Source: Takakia lepidozioides
Taxonomy: Eukaryota; Plantae; Bryophyta
Length of the DNA stretch: 64,000 nt
Assembly (NCBI GenBank): GCA_030704615.1
Contig: CM060731.1
Location: forward strand, 66,278,001 to 66,342,000
Direction: 5' to 3'
The notes beneath the pieces were generated by a model. That model had not been told where the DNA came from, searched no databases, and saw nothing but the letters and a program-made list of their open reading frames with translations. This document shows positions 50,929 to 62,011 of this stretch, in pieces. Made by a program: the position numbers and the translations under genes. Positions within the stretch are counted from its first letter, which is position 1; every line of letters begins with the position of its first letter.

Positions 50929-53720
50929 TTCTAGTGACGACTGAAGGTCGGAGACTAGTTTAAGCGTAGTGCAGGAATAGGGTGTAATAGTACTACGTCA
51001 TCGTCGTCACGTTAGGTAGGCCACATCATCAACGTATATTTTTGAAACTGCCCAGACTGCCCCCCAAAAAAACCGAATTATGATTTTTATTTTTATTTAT
51101 TTTTATTTTTGGGTCAAATCTGCTCAAATATTACTTCTTCTCTTTCATTTGTTTCTTCACATATTCAATGTAAATTTTATAACAATTCTAAACATAATTT
51201 TGGTTTTGTGATAAGCACATTTTAATTTACTAATATTATAAGATAGTACATATAAATATGATAATGGTAATAGCTAATGAAATGTCAAGATCTTAATATT
51301 GAGTTTTTGTCTCTTGTCTACATTTTGGATAAAGTAAAATATAGATTTATTAATGTATTATAATTATACAACGATAAATTCAAAAACAATCATATTGAAA
51401 ATAAAATGAATAAATGCAACACCATTAATAAACCCAAAAAAATGTATTATTGCTAAAAAGGGAAAAAGAACACATAAATTCGAAAACTCTAAGAATAATG
51501 TACGAACTTAATGCATGCATGTGATCTCAGACATGATGCCGGTTTCCGGCATATCAAATCTTCCTCACCCCCTCTTGCAGATTGGAACGGGGTTACACTC
51601 GAGTGATGAGATGACACGGAATGAAGTGTAACTCCATTCAGTGTAATCCCCACTTGGAGTTACATTTGGTCTTGAAATTTAACTAAATCCAAATTAGGGA
51701 AATATAAAGAGTATTAGGAGTAGTTACACAAGACAGTAGGTGACATGAACCATAGAAGCCAAGGGTGACACTACCACTCATCATGAATCAAACCTTGCAT
51801 CTCATCGTCTCCATTACCATCACCTTACCAATATGCTGCTTACCACAGTTTGGCAATATCTTGCAAAGTATTCAATAGTGAATCCACGAAGGAAGAAGTT
51901 GGGAGGATTTGACGGGGCCAGCCAAAGGAGCCCATGCCACCTAAATCCGATGAATAAACCATCATATCGTATATGTGCATTAAGTTCTTATATTCTTCCT
52001 ATTGTTTTTTCGCATAAAATGTATTTCCAATCAAAATAAAATAAATGTTGAGCTTTTTGTAAAACTTTAATTTTGTTCCTAGAAATAATACGGAGCAACA
52101 CACAGCTCTAGTTTTAGTGACGACTGAAGGTTAGAAACAAATTTAGTGTAGAACAAGAATAGGGTGTCATCATCGTCAACCATGACGTCATCGCCATTAG
52201 ACAAGTGCCCGATTTTTTTTTAATTTTTATTTTTAAACTTTTGAAAATGTCTCTTGAGAATCTACTCTAATGTCGCTATCTTCATTTCTTTTTCTTCACT
52301 TCTTCAATGTAAATGTTAAGGGGCAGTGGAAATTTGGGAACTCTCCTCGACCTTTCTTCACGTTCACCGCAAAGAAAGCTTACAGTGCGCTTAAGCAACC
52401 CCTCTCTATGCCAAATGGAACACTAGATGGGGGCATGCTAATTTTGTGTTGGAAAACTACTGTATCTAGAAATTGATATGGGAAAAAAACAAGCCTGCAA
52501 AGCTCAGCGCCTTCTTATGGCAGATTGCCAATAGGATATTGAAAGTAGGACAGTTCTTGGCTTTCCAGGACGCAATTTTATGCAGATGTTGCTCGATTCA
52601 AACTATAGAAAGTCTGGAACACTGTCTCCTCTACTGTTTGACACCACTGGCAATCTGGCACTTGGTTCTGGCATTCTATCATCCCTGGGGATCGCCACCT
52701 CAAGGGCCCATTGCCCTGCTCCTCAATTACAATAAGAGAGAAAAAACAAAAGCCTCGGAATGCCCAGTTTATGAAACCCTTAGATCAGCTACCCTATTGC
52801 ACTTATGGAAAGCCAGATGTAAATGGTCCTTGGACTCTCACAACACCTCAGTCACAACAAATCCTTACTCAGGTTTTCTTTGACTTGACCATTGCTACCA
52901 AACACGCATGGGCTGAAATGTGTGCAGAAATCGTCAAAAAAGACCCCAACGTCAGTTTGCTCTCTTCAACACCTTTCAGGCGACCTGGGGAAGAGACAGA
53001 CTCATTTGCACATGCTCTGATTCAAGCTCATGCGAGTGGCCTTTAGGAATTCCCATCTCTTGGAGGCATCACTGGTCCTTCATCTTCAGCATCCCCGGAG
53101 TTTGACAAATCGGACATCAATTGGAAACATGTAAAGGTGGAATCTCGGGCACGGCTGCATTTTCATGGATAGACACCATCAATTCTGTTGCTTTCTCTAT
53201 ATCATAACCCCTGTCTTGGCTCATTCTTTGTGTTCAACCTAGGCTATCCTCTTACCCACGTAGAGCTCTCTAGTCTCGTCAGACTGCTACAGTCTACTTT
53301 GTCTTGCATCTTTCAATAGGAGCTCCTTACTGGCTTAAGTCTCTGATCACTTCCAGGTCATAGATTCGAGCTCTAGTCTCAAGCCTCATGTCAAGCATTC
53401 AGTCATAGTTCGCATGGTATCTCCAACACGGTTCTCGTGTGTTAAGCCTCATGGCAGCCTACAGGCATGTAAGGGTTTTAATTTTTTTCCCTGCAATAAT
53501 TATCAATAAAACTAACAAGGGCTCCAAACCCTTTCACCAAAAAAATAAAAAATAAAAAATAAAAATGTTATAACAATTCTAGATATAATTATGATAAAAC
53601 CACCAAAATAAACTCAATAGTTAAATGCCCAATTTTTTAATTACTAACCTGTTATGATAGACATAAATTAATAAATTATAAATATACATCAACAAACTCT
53701 ATAATAGATACTAAATGTAT
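50929..53720. repeat. Two copies (starting about 50929 and 52111) of an AT-rich hairpin-ended repeat; the second is interrupted by a LINE
   Basis: Both start tt(c/t)tagtgacgactgaaggt and share ...ttcaatgtaaat(t/g)ttataacaattcta.a.ataatt. Confidence 0.7.
52319..53562 (+). mobile_element. 5'-truncated L1-type LINE (zf-RVT region + 3'UTR + A-rich tail) with 8-bp TSD AAATGTTA
   Basis: IW...PAKLSAFLWQIANRIL...CRCC...ESLEHCLLYC...IW. AATAAA then an A-rich tail at about 53505-53562. aaatgtta at 52311-52318 and 53563-53570. The empty site can be rebuilt from the sister repeat at about 51165. Confidence 0.85.
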
Positions 53721-53789
53721 GTACATCTATTTAATCCTTGTATCTAAGAATTTAATTTTTACTTGTTAGGATTTGGATTGCATCGCTGT

Positions 53790-54150
53790 ATTATTCCCCC
53801 ATGACATATTTGAATCTGCTGAAATGCCTCCTTGGTTTAGAATCTGTAGAGCCTCTGTCAGGCTGCCTGCCGCACAAAGTATCTTCACATGCCCAGAAGT
53901 GCCAGAAGGGCATTGTGGACTCCCTCTCTTGATCCTCTAATTTCAAAAGCTGTGGTCATGGTTGAGGTGGTGCCGCTGCAGCTGTTGCCTTTAGTTGATC
54001 ATCTACCCATGCAGGTTTCTTGTAGGTACTGATCCACTTGGAATCAAGGTAATCTGGAGCTTGAAGTCCAGCCCTCTTGGATGAATCTGGACCCACACTC
54101 TATCCGTGCTCCTTCAGCTATCCATGCCTCTGCACAAATACTTCCATAGT
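53790..54150 (-). pseudogene. Copy of the PPR N-terminal leader and first repeat seen at about 16020-16370
   Basis: The reverse complement shares atttgtgcagaggcatggata.ctgaagga, ctacaagaaacctgcatg and agaggatcaagagagggagtccacaatgcc with 16020-16270. Confidence 0.8.
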
Positions 54151-54769
54151 TGGAAGTTATCTCCCGTGAATTTCTCAATATTCGTCACGTTCTTAGAATC
54201 TATCTTCACTGATGCCATTTCTTCCATCACCCTTACTTCTACAGAAAGAAAACCTCTCACACAGCATTAAGCGATTGTGGGCCCATAACCTATTGGAAAT
54301 ATTAATTTCACTGCTTGCTCATAGTTGTTTACAGAGTAGCCAGTAAGTTATGAAGAAGCTATCCAACACTATTGAAACACTAAGAAGTACGCGGCTTATC
54401 AATCTACAAGGCAATCCATGGAATCAATGATGCTCACACATCTGTAAGTAGAACTACACCACGCTATGGACACACATAAAACTAACTGAGTATCGTCTGC
54501 CACCCAAAAATACAAGTGCTACTAAGTGCGGGAGATCCAACTAGCTAGAGTTTCAAAATGTGACTGATTGGCATCTGTGATTGCGACTGCTCGGTGGATT
54601 GCCACCTATTTGCTGACTATGACTATTCGACTAGCATGGTCCAAATGTCAATGACGGACTGGATCTTCAATTTCAACACCTGTTACATGAGAACACATCA
54701 ATTGAATATCAGTAAATCTTGCACCTTGGATGCTTGCATAAGAAGTAATGTATGCATGAAGAACGATCA

Positions 54770-55042
54770 AGCACATGCCCGACCTCATTCATCTGCCCAG
54801 ACAACCTCTTTAGCTCAGCATGGATTTCCTCAATTTGTGGATGCAGTTCGTCATTTACAACCTCTGTTCTCCATCATCTTTCTCACCTTTGCTTCATCGT
54901 CCCACCTCCCAGCTGCATCATAGATGTTTGAGAGCAGCACATAGCTGGCTGCAGGGGGGTGTAGATCTGACTCAGGAAGGCCTTTTGTTGCACGCTCGGC
55001 TAGCTTCAAATCGGTGTGAACTCTACAGGCACCAAACAACAC
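54770..55042 (-). pseudogene. PPR C-terminal fragment (E domain and start of E+/DYW)
   Basis: LFGACRVH...SYVLLSNIYDAAGRWDDEAKVRKMMENRG, followed by QIEEIHAELKRLSGQMNEVGHVLD. Confidence 0.8.
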
Positions 55043-55278
55043 AGCTCCCTCTTCCCTGCAGGGTTCGCAGTCGTGGAGTCAAGCAACTCCCATGGGCCCA
55101 CCATAGTCGCGGGGACGACGGGCGGGCAGCCCGAAATGTTTGTTTTTTGAGCTCCTGTTAACAAACTGCCGCGCGGCAGTTTGTTAGCAGCCAAGTGCGG
55201 CCGCCGTCTAGTTTCATGCCAGACCTGCTAACCGGAGCGCTAGCTGCGGCCAGTGGCCTGCTAGCTAACCGGCAGGTG

Positions 55279-55279
<1 letters not shown>

Positions 55280-55312
<33 letters not shown>
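55280..55312 (+). repeat. Poly-G tract (33 G)
   Basis: Directly visible. Confidence 0.95.
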
Positions 55313-55314
<2 letters not shown>

Positions 55315-55939
55315 TTACACACAGGGCACACTTAAACGCTTCATTCAAGTTTTCTCTCTATAATGAATTAGTAACCACCAGTAATAATGAAAAGACAAAG
55401 CTCTTGATTCTCTTGGGATATGGTCTCGAGACTCGACCACAATCCATCTTGTTTCCCATCTTTGGCCCTAGGTCCTACACTGATCCTAATGCATGTGGAA
55501 GTCAGGATTGATGAGTTGACTTATGAGTCATGAATGGTCTCAATGTTCAATAGAACTTTATTGGATTTGTACTTGGGGGATGGAATGATGGAAGAGGGTA
55601 TTGAGATTCGAGACTCTTTAAGAGGGGTCTTTGAAGAATGTAAGGCAGAAACACCCAAATATGAGCGTGACCTTGAATGGACCCCTATTTTTGTGTATAA
55701 AAGTGACTTCATAGGTCCTTGAATGGATGGATAGAATCAAGTGATTTATTTAAGGTCTACCCCTGGGGGGTGCACTCCTCATTAAATGTACCAGCCACGT
55801 GCGTGCACAGGAGGGGGTATTTTAAACCCCCCCATGTACAACATTATACATACAGAGGGGGGTTTAAAACACCTTAAATATAATTTTACAGGAGGGGGTT
55901 GTTGAGTTTTAAGGGATAGTGTAGTGGTAAGAATGACGT

Positions 55940-57680
55940 TTACGCCGCGATGCACCGCGGGATCGAATCGCGGGATGGTCGTTTTGTTTGTTTGTTTGTT
56001 TTTTCGCTCCACGATCTTTCTCCCCTGACCTCCCGCGGCTTTCTCTTTTCTTTCTCGTCCTCTCCCGCTTTCGCCTTCCCTTCCGCGGGCTTTCTCTTTT
56101 CCCTCCTCTCCTCTCCCCTCCTCTCCACAGGGCATGGTAGGACAATGTGGTGAGGGCACCTTCTTCTTCGACCTATTTCAGTAAGCTCATTTCCCTTTGA
56201 ATGCCTTGCTGCATAGGCTCGTTGTTGTGCCTTCTGTGCTGAACCTACATTGTCCCGCAATGTGCTTTGAAGCTCATGAATTAGCATGATCTCTTCCTCC
56301 ATCATCATTCGCCTTGCTGCCTGGTCAACAGTGAGCTCCACTAGCTCCGCAATCTGTCGACACCTGTTGTTTTCTGGTTTTCCATGAATTACAATTATTC
56401 TCTGCCTCAATCTTCCGGTCATGTGTTCCACCAGATCGTCGGGCAGATCGTTGTATAGCGCCAGGTGCGCCCAACATCCTTTCTTTTGTGTCCAATGTCC
56501 ATAGATAAACACAGATGGCAGTTTCTCCGCTCCTCCGTATTCTTCCGTCACTGAGTGCAGCAATCGCGTTTGTAGTTCAGTTATAACTGCTGCCCCCCAT
56601 ACATTCTTCCCTTCACTGCACGTGGTGCTCATGCTTGACGTTTCATGGGTATGTTCTCCAGTGCTCGTCGTGTATGTTCTACTTTCGCCATTTGCCGTTG
56701 CATTTCCGCTTGTGAGATTTTGCCCTGCTTGCCTTCTCGTTCTTCCCTTGTGTAATTAGGCTCTTCACCAGTCTGAAAAATAATACCCTTCTGCCTTCAA
56801 ATGCACCTTTTCTTTACATCTTTCGGATCGTGTTTGAACCATGTTGATTCGGGACAGGTCTCTCTCCTCATTCACCATATGTCACAGCTCCTTGCCAACC
56901 AGCATCCCTCGGCAGATATTCCATGCTGCCATCATGTTGCTCCACTTACTCGTATCTTTAGTTGTAGTGACAGTTGCTTGGTTCGCCGTTGTGTTTGCAG
57001 CCCGAAGGTCATCCCACACCTGCTCAGCTGCTCTTCTGCTTACTGGGTACCCCTGTTGCGTTCTTGTGATCTCTAGCATATCCCAATTAGCAGTAAGTGA
57101 CCTCATTGCGCCTCCCTTCCTTTTGCACTTGCACTGTATTACCCTCCTTTCACATACAAAGACTATAGTTTCCTTCCCTTGCTTGTGTAATTGCTGATTT
57201 CTTCAAAAGAAAGTTGTTTCATTGCCCCTAAGCAACTCACTGTATCAGGCCTATTCTCCTCCTTATCATCCCTCGCCTTTTGGAAAATTCCAGCCATAAT
57301 TGAAAGGCAATTGGTTGCTGTACTTAACTGCACAAATGTTCCCCTTTCCGTTGGAATGAGTTGCACGTCATTTCCATGCTGACATACCCTTTCTTCTTCC
57401 TGCAGGATCCTTTGCCCAACCCTGTTATTTCTATCATTTGTGCCATCCTCTTGGCGTTTCCACAACCTCCCCTCATTGCCAGTGAAGTGTTTCCTTCTCT
57501 TCCCTTTGTCTTTAAAGACACTCCAATCTTAGCTGCAGTACCCTTCGCTGATTTCTTATTGCCTTTGACCTCATGTATGTTTTCAATCATGTTTGAAGGG
57601 TGATCACCTGCTGCCATATGCATGACTGTGTCCTTGACTGCTTCTCTTGTCTCAGTATGATGTTTAATTGTTGTCATGTC
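55940..57680 (-). pseudogene. Broken ORF chain of unknown, probably TE-borne, protein inside the TIR element
   Basis: Consecutive minus-strand ORFs 57324-57677, 57163-57465, 56882-57106 and 55940-56632 with protein-like composition. WGAAVITELQTRL is reminiscent of plant-mobile-domain motifs (weak). Confidence 0.35.
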
Positions 57681-57689
57681 AGGCCATGC

Positions 57690-60265
57690 TCAGCTGCACC
57701 GTGGTGTCTTCGTGGTGGTTTGGAGTGACTTTGCAGGTACTGCCGATGTGGCAGCAGGAAAGTACCCAAAAACAGATAACAGAGATGACGATAAGCTTTG
57801 GAATGAACACTTTTCTGACATGCAATTCAGAGTTGGAACTACTGTAATAAGTAGGGTTTGGGGTGTTTACTGAAAGAACTTCACGCCGTGAGTGTCAGCT
57901 GCTAAGAGCAAGGCTGAGGATGTATTCATGATTTGTACACAGGCAGGGATAGCTGAAGACCAGGGATAGAGGTCCAGATTCATCCAAGAGGGCCGGATTT
58001 CACACACAAGATTATGTCTGATTCCCTGTGGATCAATAGCTACAAGAAATCTGCCTGGGTAGACGGTCAACTGGAAACAGCAGCGGCAGCAATGGTTGTA
58101 GAGCAAGGACTACTGATAAAGGTACCTTCTTCAACACATTTGTGGTGAGGGCACCTTCTTCTTCGACCTATTTCAGCCTGTTTTTCCCTCTCATCAGACT
58201 CATTAGCTCATTGGGATGATCTGTGGTGGTTTGGAGTGACTTTGCAAGTTACTGCCGAGGTGGTAGCAGGAAAGTACACAAAAACAAATAACAAATTGTA
58301 CTCATAAGACGTTGTTTGCCGTAGCCTTGTGGCCATTGACCCCACGCACAGTTTGAGCGGGAACAAAAGGGACAGAACCTACCTCTGTCAAGGGCTGCTG
58401 TGTGTGATTTGCCCAAAAACTAGGCCTCAGGAGGGCCTAGGCTTTTGGCTTAGCCTCAAGACTTTCAAAGTTGGTAAACAGGGGTACAGGCACAATTCCC
58501 TTGATAGATTTGAAGAGAGCGTCTCTTTGGTGAGAGAACCCTGGACAGTGTATCAGAAAATGAATATTGTCTTCAGATTGCCCACACAATGGGAAATGCA
58601 CTCCCCCTTTCCTCTCTGCTTCTGTTTGCTGTTCAAAGGTAGGCTTCCTTCCCTGAGTTTAAATTTCAGTCTAGTGCCGAGAGTGGGTGGACCCTTGAGG
58701 TCATCCAAGATGTCCTCCCCCATGTCACTGACTAGAAACAAGTTCAGGGAAGTTTTTTGCCTAACTTCATTTTCATCAGACAATCTCATGGCAACAGACA
58801 TGGCTTTGGACACTACAGCCTCTAAGTCGGATTTATCCAACAGGGTCAAGACTTGTGGATCCAGGTCCAGGTCCTTGAGAATCTCTTCTACTCTGGTGTT
58901 GGGAAAACACCTTTTGATCTCAGTCCAAACCAGGAAGTGGTCAGAGGTACCAATATCAGTTCTGTCGATCAACACATTGGCACACTGGGGGAACAAATTT
59001 TTGTCCATTATGATATAGTCCACAATGGAACGTTCCCCAGTTTGGGATTTCTCACGAGTCCACTGCACTTGGTCACCTCTTGTCTTGTTATTCAAGGTCA
59101 AAAGCTGAAGCTCTTCCAGACAGTTAATTAACCGTCTGCCATTAGAATTCAGCTCGTCCTCACCAGAAGACCCAATGATATCGTCCTGATGGAGCCCTTT
59201 GCCCACTTGGGCATTGAAGTCACCCTGCAATAGCACCACAGAGATGAAGAGAAGCTTTGGAATGAGACACTTTTCTGACCCCAGTCAATGGTGGGACAAT
59301 GTGGGTGGATGGTCAACTGGAAACAGCAGCGGCAGCAGCGCAATTGATAGAGCAAGGCACTGCTGATGAAGGTACCTTCTTCAACACATTTCAGCCTGAG
59401 GGCACCTTCTGGTTTGACCTGTTTCAGCCTGTTTTTCCCTCTCATCAGACTCAGCCCTGAAGCATATGTATTGAATTCTGTAAGTTAGCTCGTTGGGTGG
59501 ATCTGCGGTGCTTTGGAGTGACTTTGCAAGTTACTGCCGAGGTGGCAGCATGACAGTACCTAAAAAAAGATAACAGAGATGGAGAGAAGCTTTCAAGGAA
59601 TGAATACTTTTCTGACCCCAGTCAGTGGTGGGACAATGTAGGAGATGGTCAACTGGAAATAGCAGCGGCAGCAGCGCAATTGATAGAACAAGGGACTGCT
59701 AATGAAGGTACCTTCTTCAACACATTTCAGCCTATTTTTCCCTGTTATCAGAGTCGTCCCTAAATTTCCAGATGGCCGGATTCCAAGCTCCAAATTACCT
59801 ATGATTCCATGTGGAAGGATAGCTACAAGAAACCTGCATGGGTAGATGGTCAACTGGAAGCCACTGTAGCACCTGCAGAGGCATGATGTACGCATTGTTA
59901 GTGTGGAGGGAGGGGTAGCTGTTGATGCAGGGAGAGGATCGTGGGTGCAAAATCATCTAAGAGGGCCAGATTTGGAGCAAGGAACAGCGCTGGCAGGAGT
60001 TCTATAAATATGATCCACAGCGGTGGGACAATATTGTCAACAAGGTGAGCTTTCTTCATGCAACATCGTAGGGAGTTTGACAAAACTTTGTATTTAAATA
60101 TGTTAGTGTGGAGGGAGGGCTAGCCGCTGATGCAAGGATGGACTGTGGGTTCAGGATCACCCAAGAGGGCTACCAGCAGTGGAAGTAGCAGCACTTGGTC
60201 AATAGCAGCAGCAAGAATTAGCAGCGTCAAACTCATCAATCAGGTACTTGCTTCTGTACACATTT
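57690..60265 (+). repeat. Scrambled tandem array of modules related to the PPR N-terminal leader
   Basis: ttggagtgactttgca x3 (about 57720, 58231, 59513). ggtcaactggaa x4 (about 58065, 59311, 59647, 59848). aagagggc x3. Homologous to 16000-16200 and 53950-54140. Confidence 0.8.
58294..59237 (-). mobile_element. Internally deleted LINE: AP-endonuclease fragment joined to the C-terminal/3' region, reverse transcriptase missing
   Basis: ORF 58553..59239 has GDFNAQVG, SIVDYII and SDHFLVW (APE motifs), running directly into TRLKFKLREGSLPLN (also seen at about 32380) and the family 3' end. It splits one array unit. Confidence 0.8.
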
Positions 60266-61202
60266 CATCCTCTTATCAACGTAGTCCCTGCTTGGACAGC
60301 CTATAGGGCTGTATAAAACATGACTTTGGAACCTTCTTTGACAACTTTATCAAAAGCAAATATTTTTTTTAATTAATTTGTTAGATTTTATTATGTTTTA
60401 AATGAATAAATTCGATATAATATAAAAACATACATATACATATTGGAGGGTTATTTTTAATGATGGAAAATGAGAATATACATACAGAAGGGGGTACTTT
60501 TTAAAAATTGTAAATTTTTGTATATTTACAGGAGGGGGTTTTATAATCTTCAAAAGTATGTACAGAGGGGATATAAATTATCCAAGGACCCGTATACAGG
60601 GGTTTTTTTTTATTAGGCGACGAACGCACGTGATACGCACAGTTTATAAAGAGTGCACCCCCCAGGGGTCTACCAATGGCCAGAATTACCTACAGTTAGG
60701 GTGGTTTTACAACTGAACGTGTACACATCCATGTACTTATTGGATTTATAACTGCACGGTTTTAATAGGGACACTTTCAACATCGAGGTCCAATGCAGTA
60801 GACGACGATCAGAAAACTGCCAGAACTGACGATCAAAAAACTGCCGGTACCCTAATGCATTGGTCTTGTCGAAATAGACTTGTCGAACGGCCTTGATAAG
60901 GAGACGAAACCATATGATAAAACCAAGCCATGTGGTGTATTTCCAGCGCGGGTGTAACATCTGGAAATTCATCTCGAATCCACAGAACAAGGGCCTAGAC
61001 CAGGACATTGACAACTATGTAAGGAAAAAAAGCCAGATAGTCGCAAAGAAAAAAATGTGACAACACGGAAGTGGCACTCGGCATCTTAAAGAACAATGGC
61101 AATGTGCACATGTACACCTTTTCCATAGACTCCAATACCACTCATGAATTTAAGTCAACGAGGAAGATGAAGGTAAGCTTACTTAGAGCCTTACTACCAA
61201 CT

Positions 61203-61410
61203 ACCTGCTTTACCCCCAGTGCAACGATACAAGCTCCCCACGAGCTCCTGCGTTAACCCCAATGTAGCGATACAAGGTCCCCGCGAGCACCTACTTTACC
61301 CCCAGTGCAACAATACAAGCTCCCCGCGAGCTCCTGCGTTAACCCCAATGTAGCGATACAAGGTCCTCGCGAGCACCTACTTTACCCCCAATGCAGCGAT
61401 ACAAGCTCCC
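61203..61410. repeat. Roughly 42-bp (84-bp dimer) tandem repeat, about 5 monomers
   Basis: tttacccccagtgcaac.atacaagctcccc.cgagctcctgcg alternates with ttaaccccaatgtagcgatacaaggtcc.cgcgagcacctac. Confidence 0.85.
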
Positions 61411-61649
61411 CAGGAATATCATGATCCCAGAACTGGGGGGGAGTTGAACCCCCCGATCTGCCCATTGTGCCCCCCCCCAAGCAGCAAGCATCACCCCCAA
61501 AAGCAGAACCACTACCGTGACTGTTGCACTGCTGCCCCGCCCCCACCCCCCTTCCCCAAAAGTGTGAAACCACCCAAACACAATGCTCCTACACCAATAC
61601 ACCCAGACCCCCATCACCTCCACAACCCTTCAACCAACATCAGCAGATC

Positions 61650-61830
61650 GACATGACCCCCACAGCCTGTGAACCATCAGCAACACACCCCCACATGACC
61701 AGCACTGCCCATGAACCAACAACAACACACCCCCATGACCCCAGAAGCCTCCACTGCCCATGAACCAACAGTAGTACACACCTATGACCCCGAGAAGCCT
61801 CCACTGCCCATCAACCAATACCAGCACACC
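61650..61830. repeat. Degenerate 42-50 bp tandem repeat
   Basis: atgacccc..agcctccactgcccatgaaccaaca repeated about 4 times. Confidence 0.7.
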
Positions 61831-62011
61831 CCCAGTACCCCTACAGCCACCACAGATCAGCGAGAAACACACCCCACGTCCCACGCACACACGCCATCCA
61901 CAGCCGATGCCAGCATACCTGCAATGCAATCCAACACAGCAGCGAACCCCCATCCACACAACCAATGCACACACACAAGGAAGAAGTAACCACTGAAAGG
62001 CCTAGCTGCAG

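Larger units (their letters stand above)
55760..60668. mobile_element. 4.9-kb TIR element with perfect 18-bp TIRs and a 4-bp TSD (TCTA), carrying gene-fragment cargo
   Basis: tcta|CCCCTGGGGGGTGCACTC (55760-55777) ... GAGTGCACCCCCCAGGGG (60651-60668)|tcta. ACAG(G)AGGGGG subterminal motifs repeat near both ends. Confidence 0.85.

Noticed and set aside
58329-59018. 229-aa plus-strand ORF
   Set aside because: Antisense to the LINE endonuclease frame.
60673-61200. The 3' TIR of the transposase-bearing piggyBac
   Set aside because: No TTAA-CCC terminus matching either TIR family was found. The TIR at 60651-60668 faces left and closes the 55760 element.
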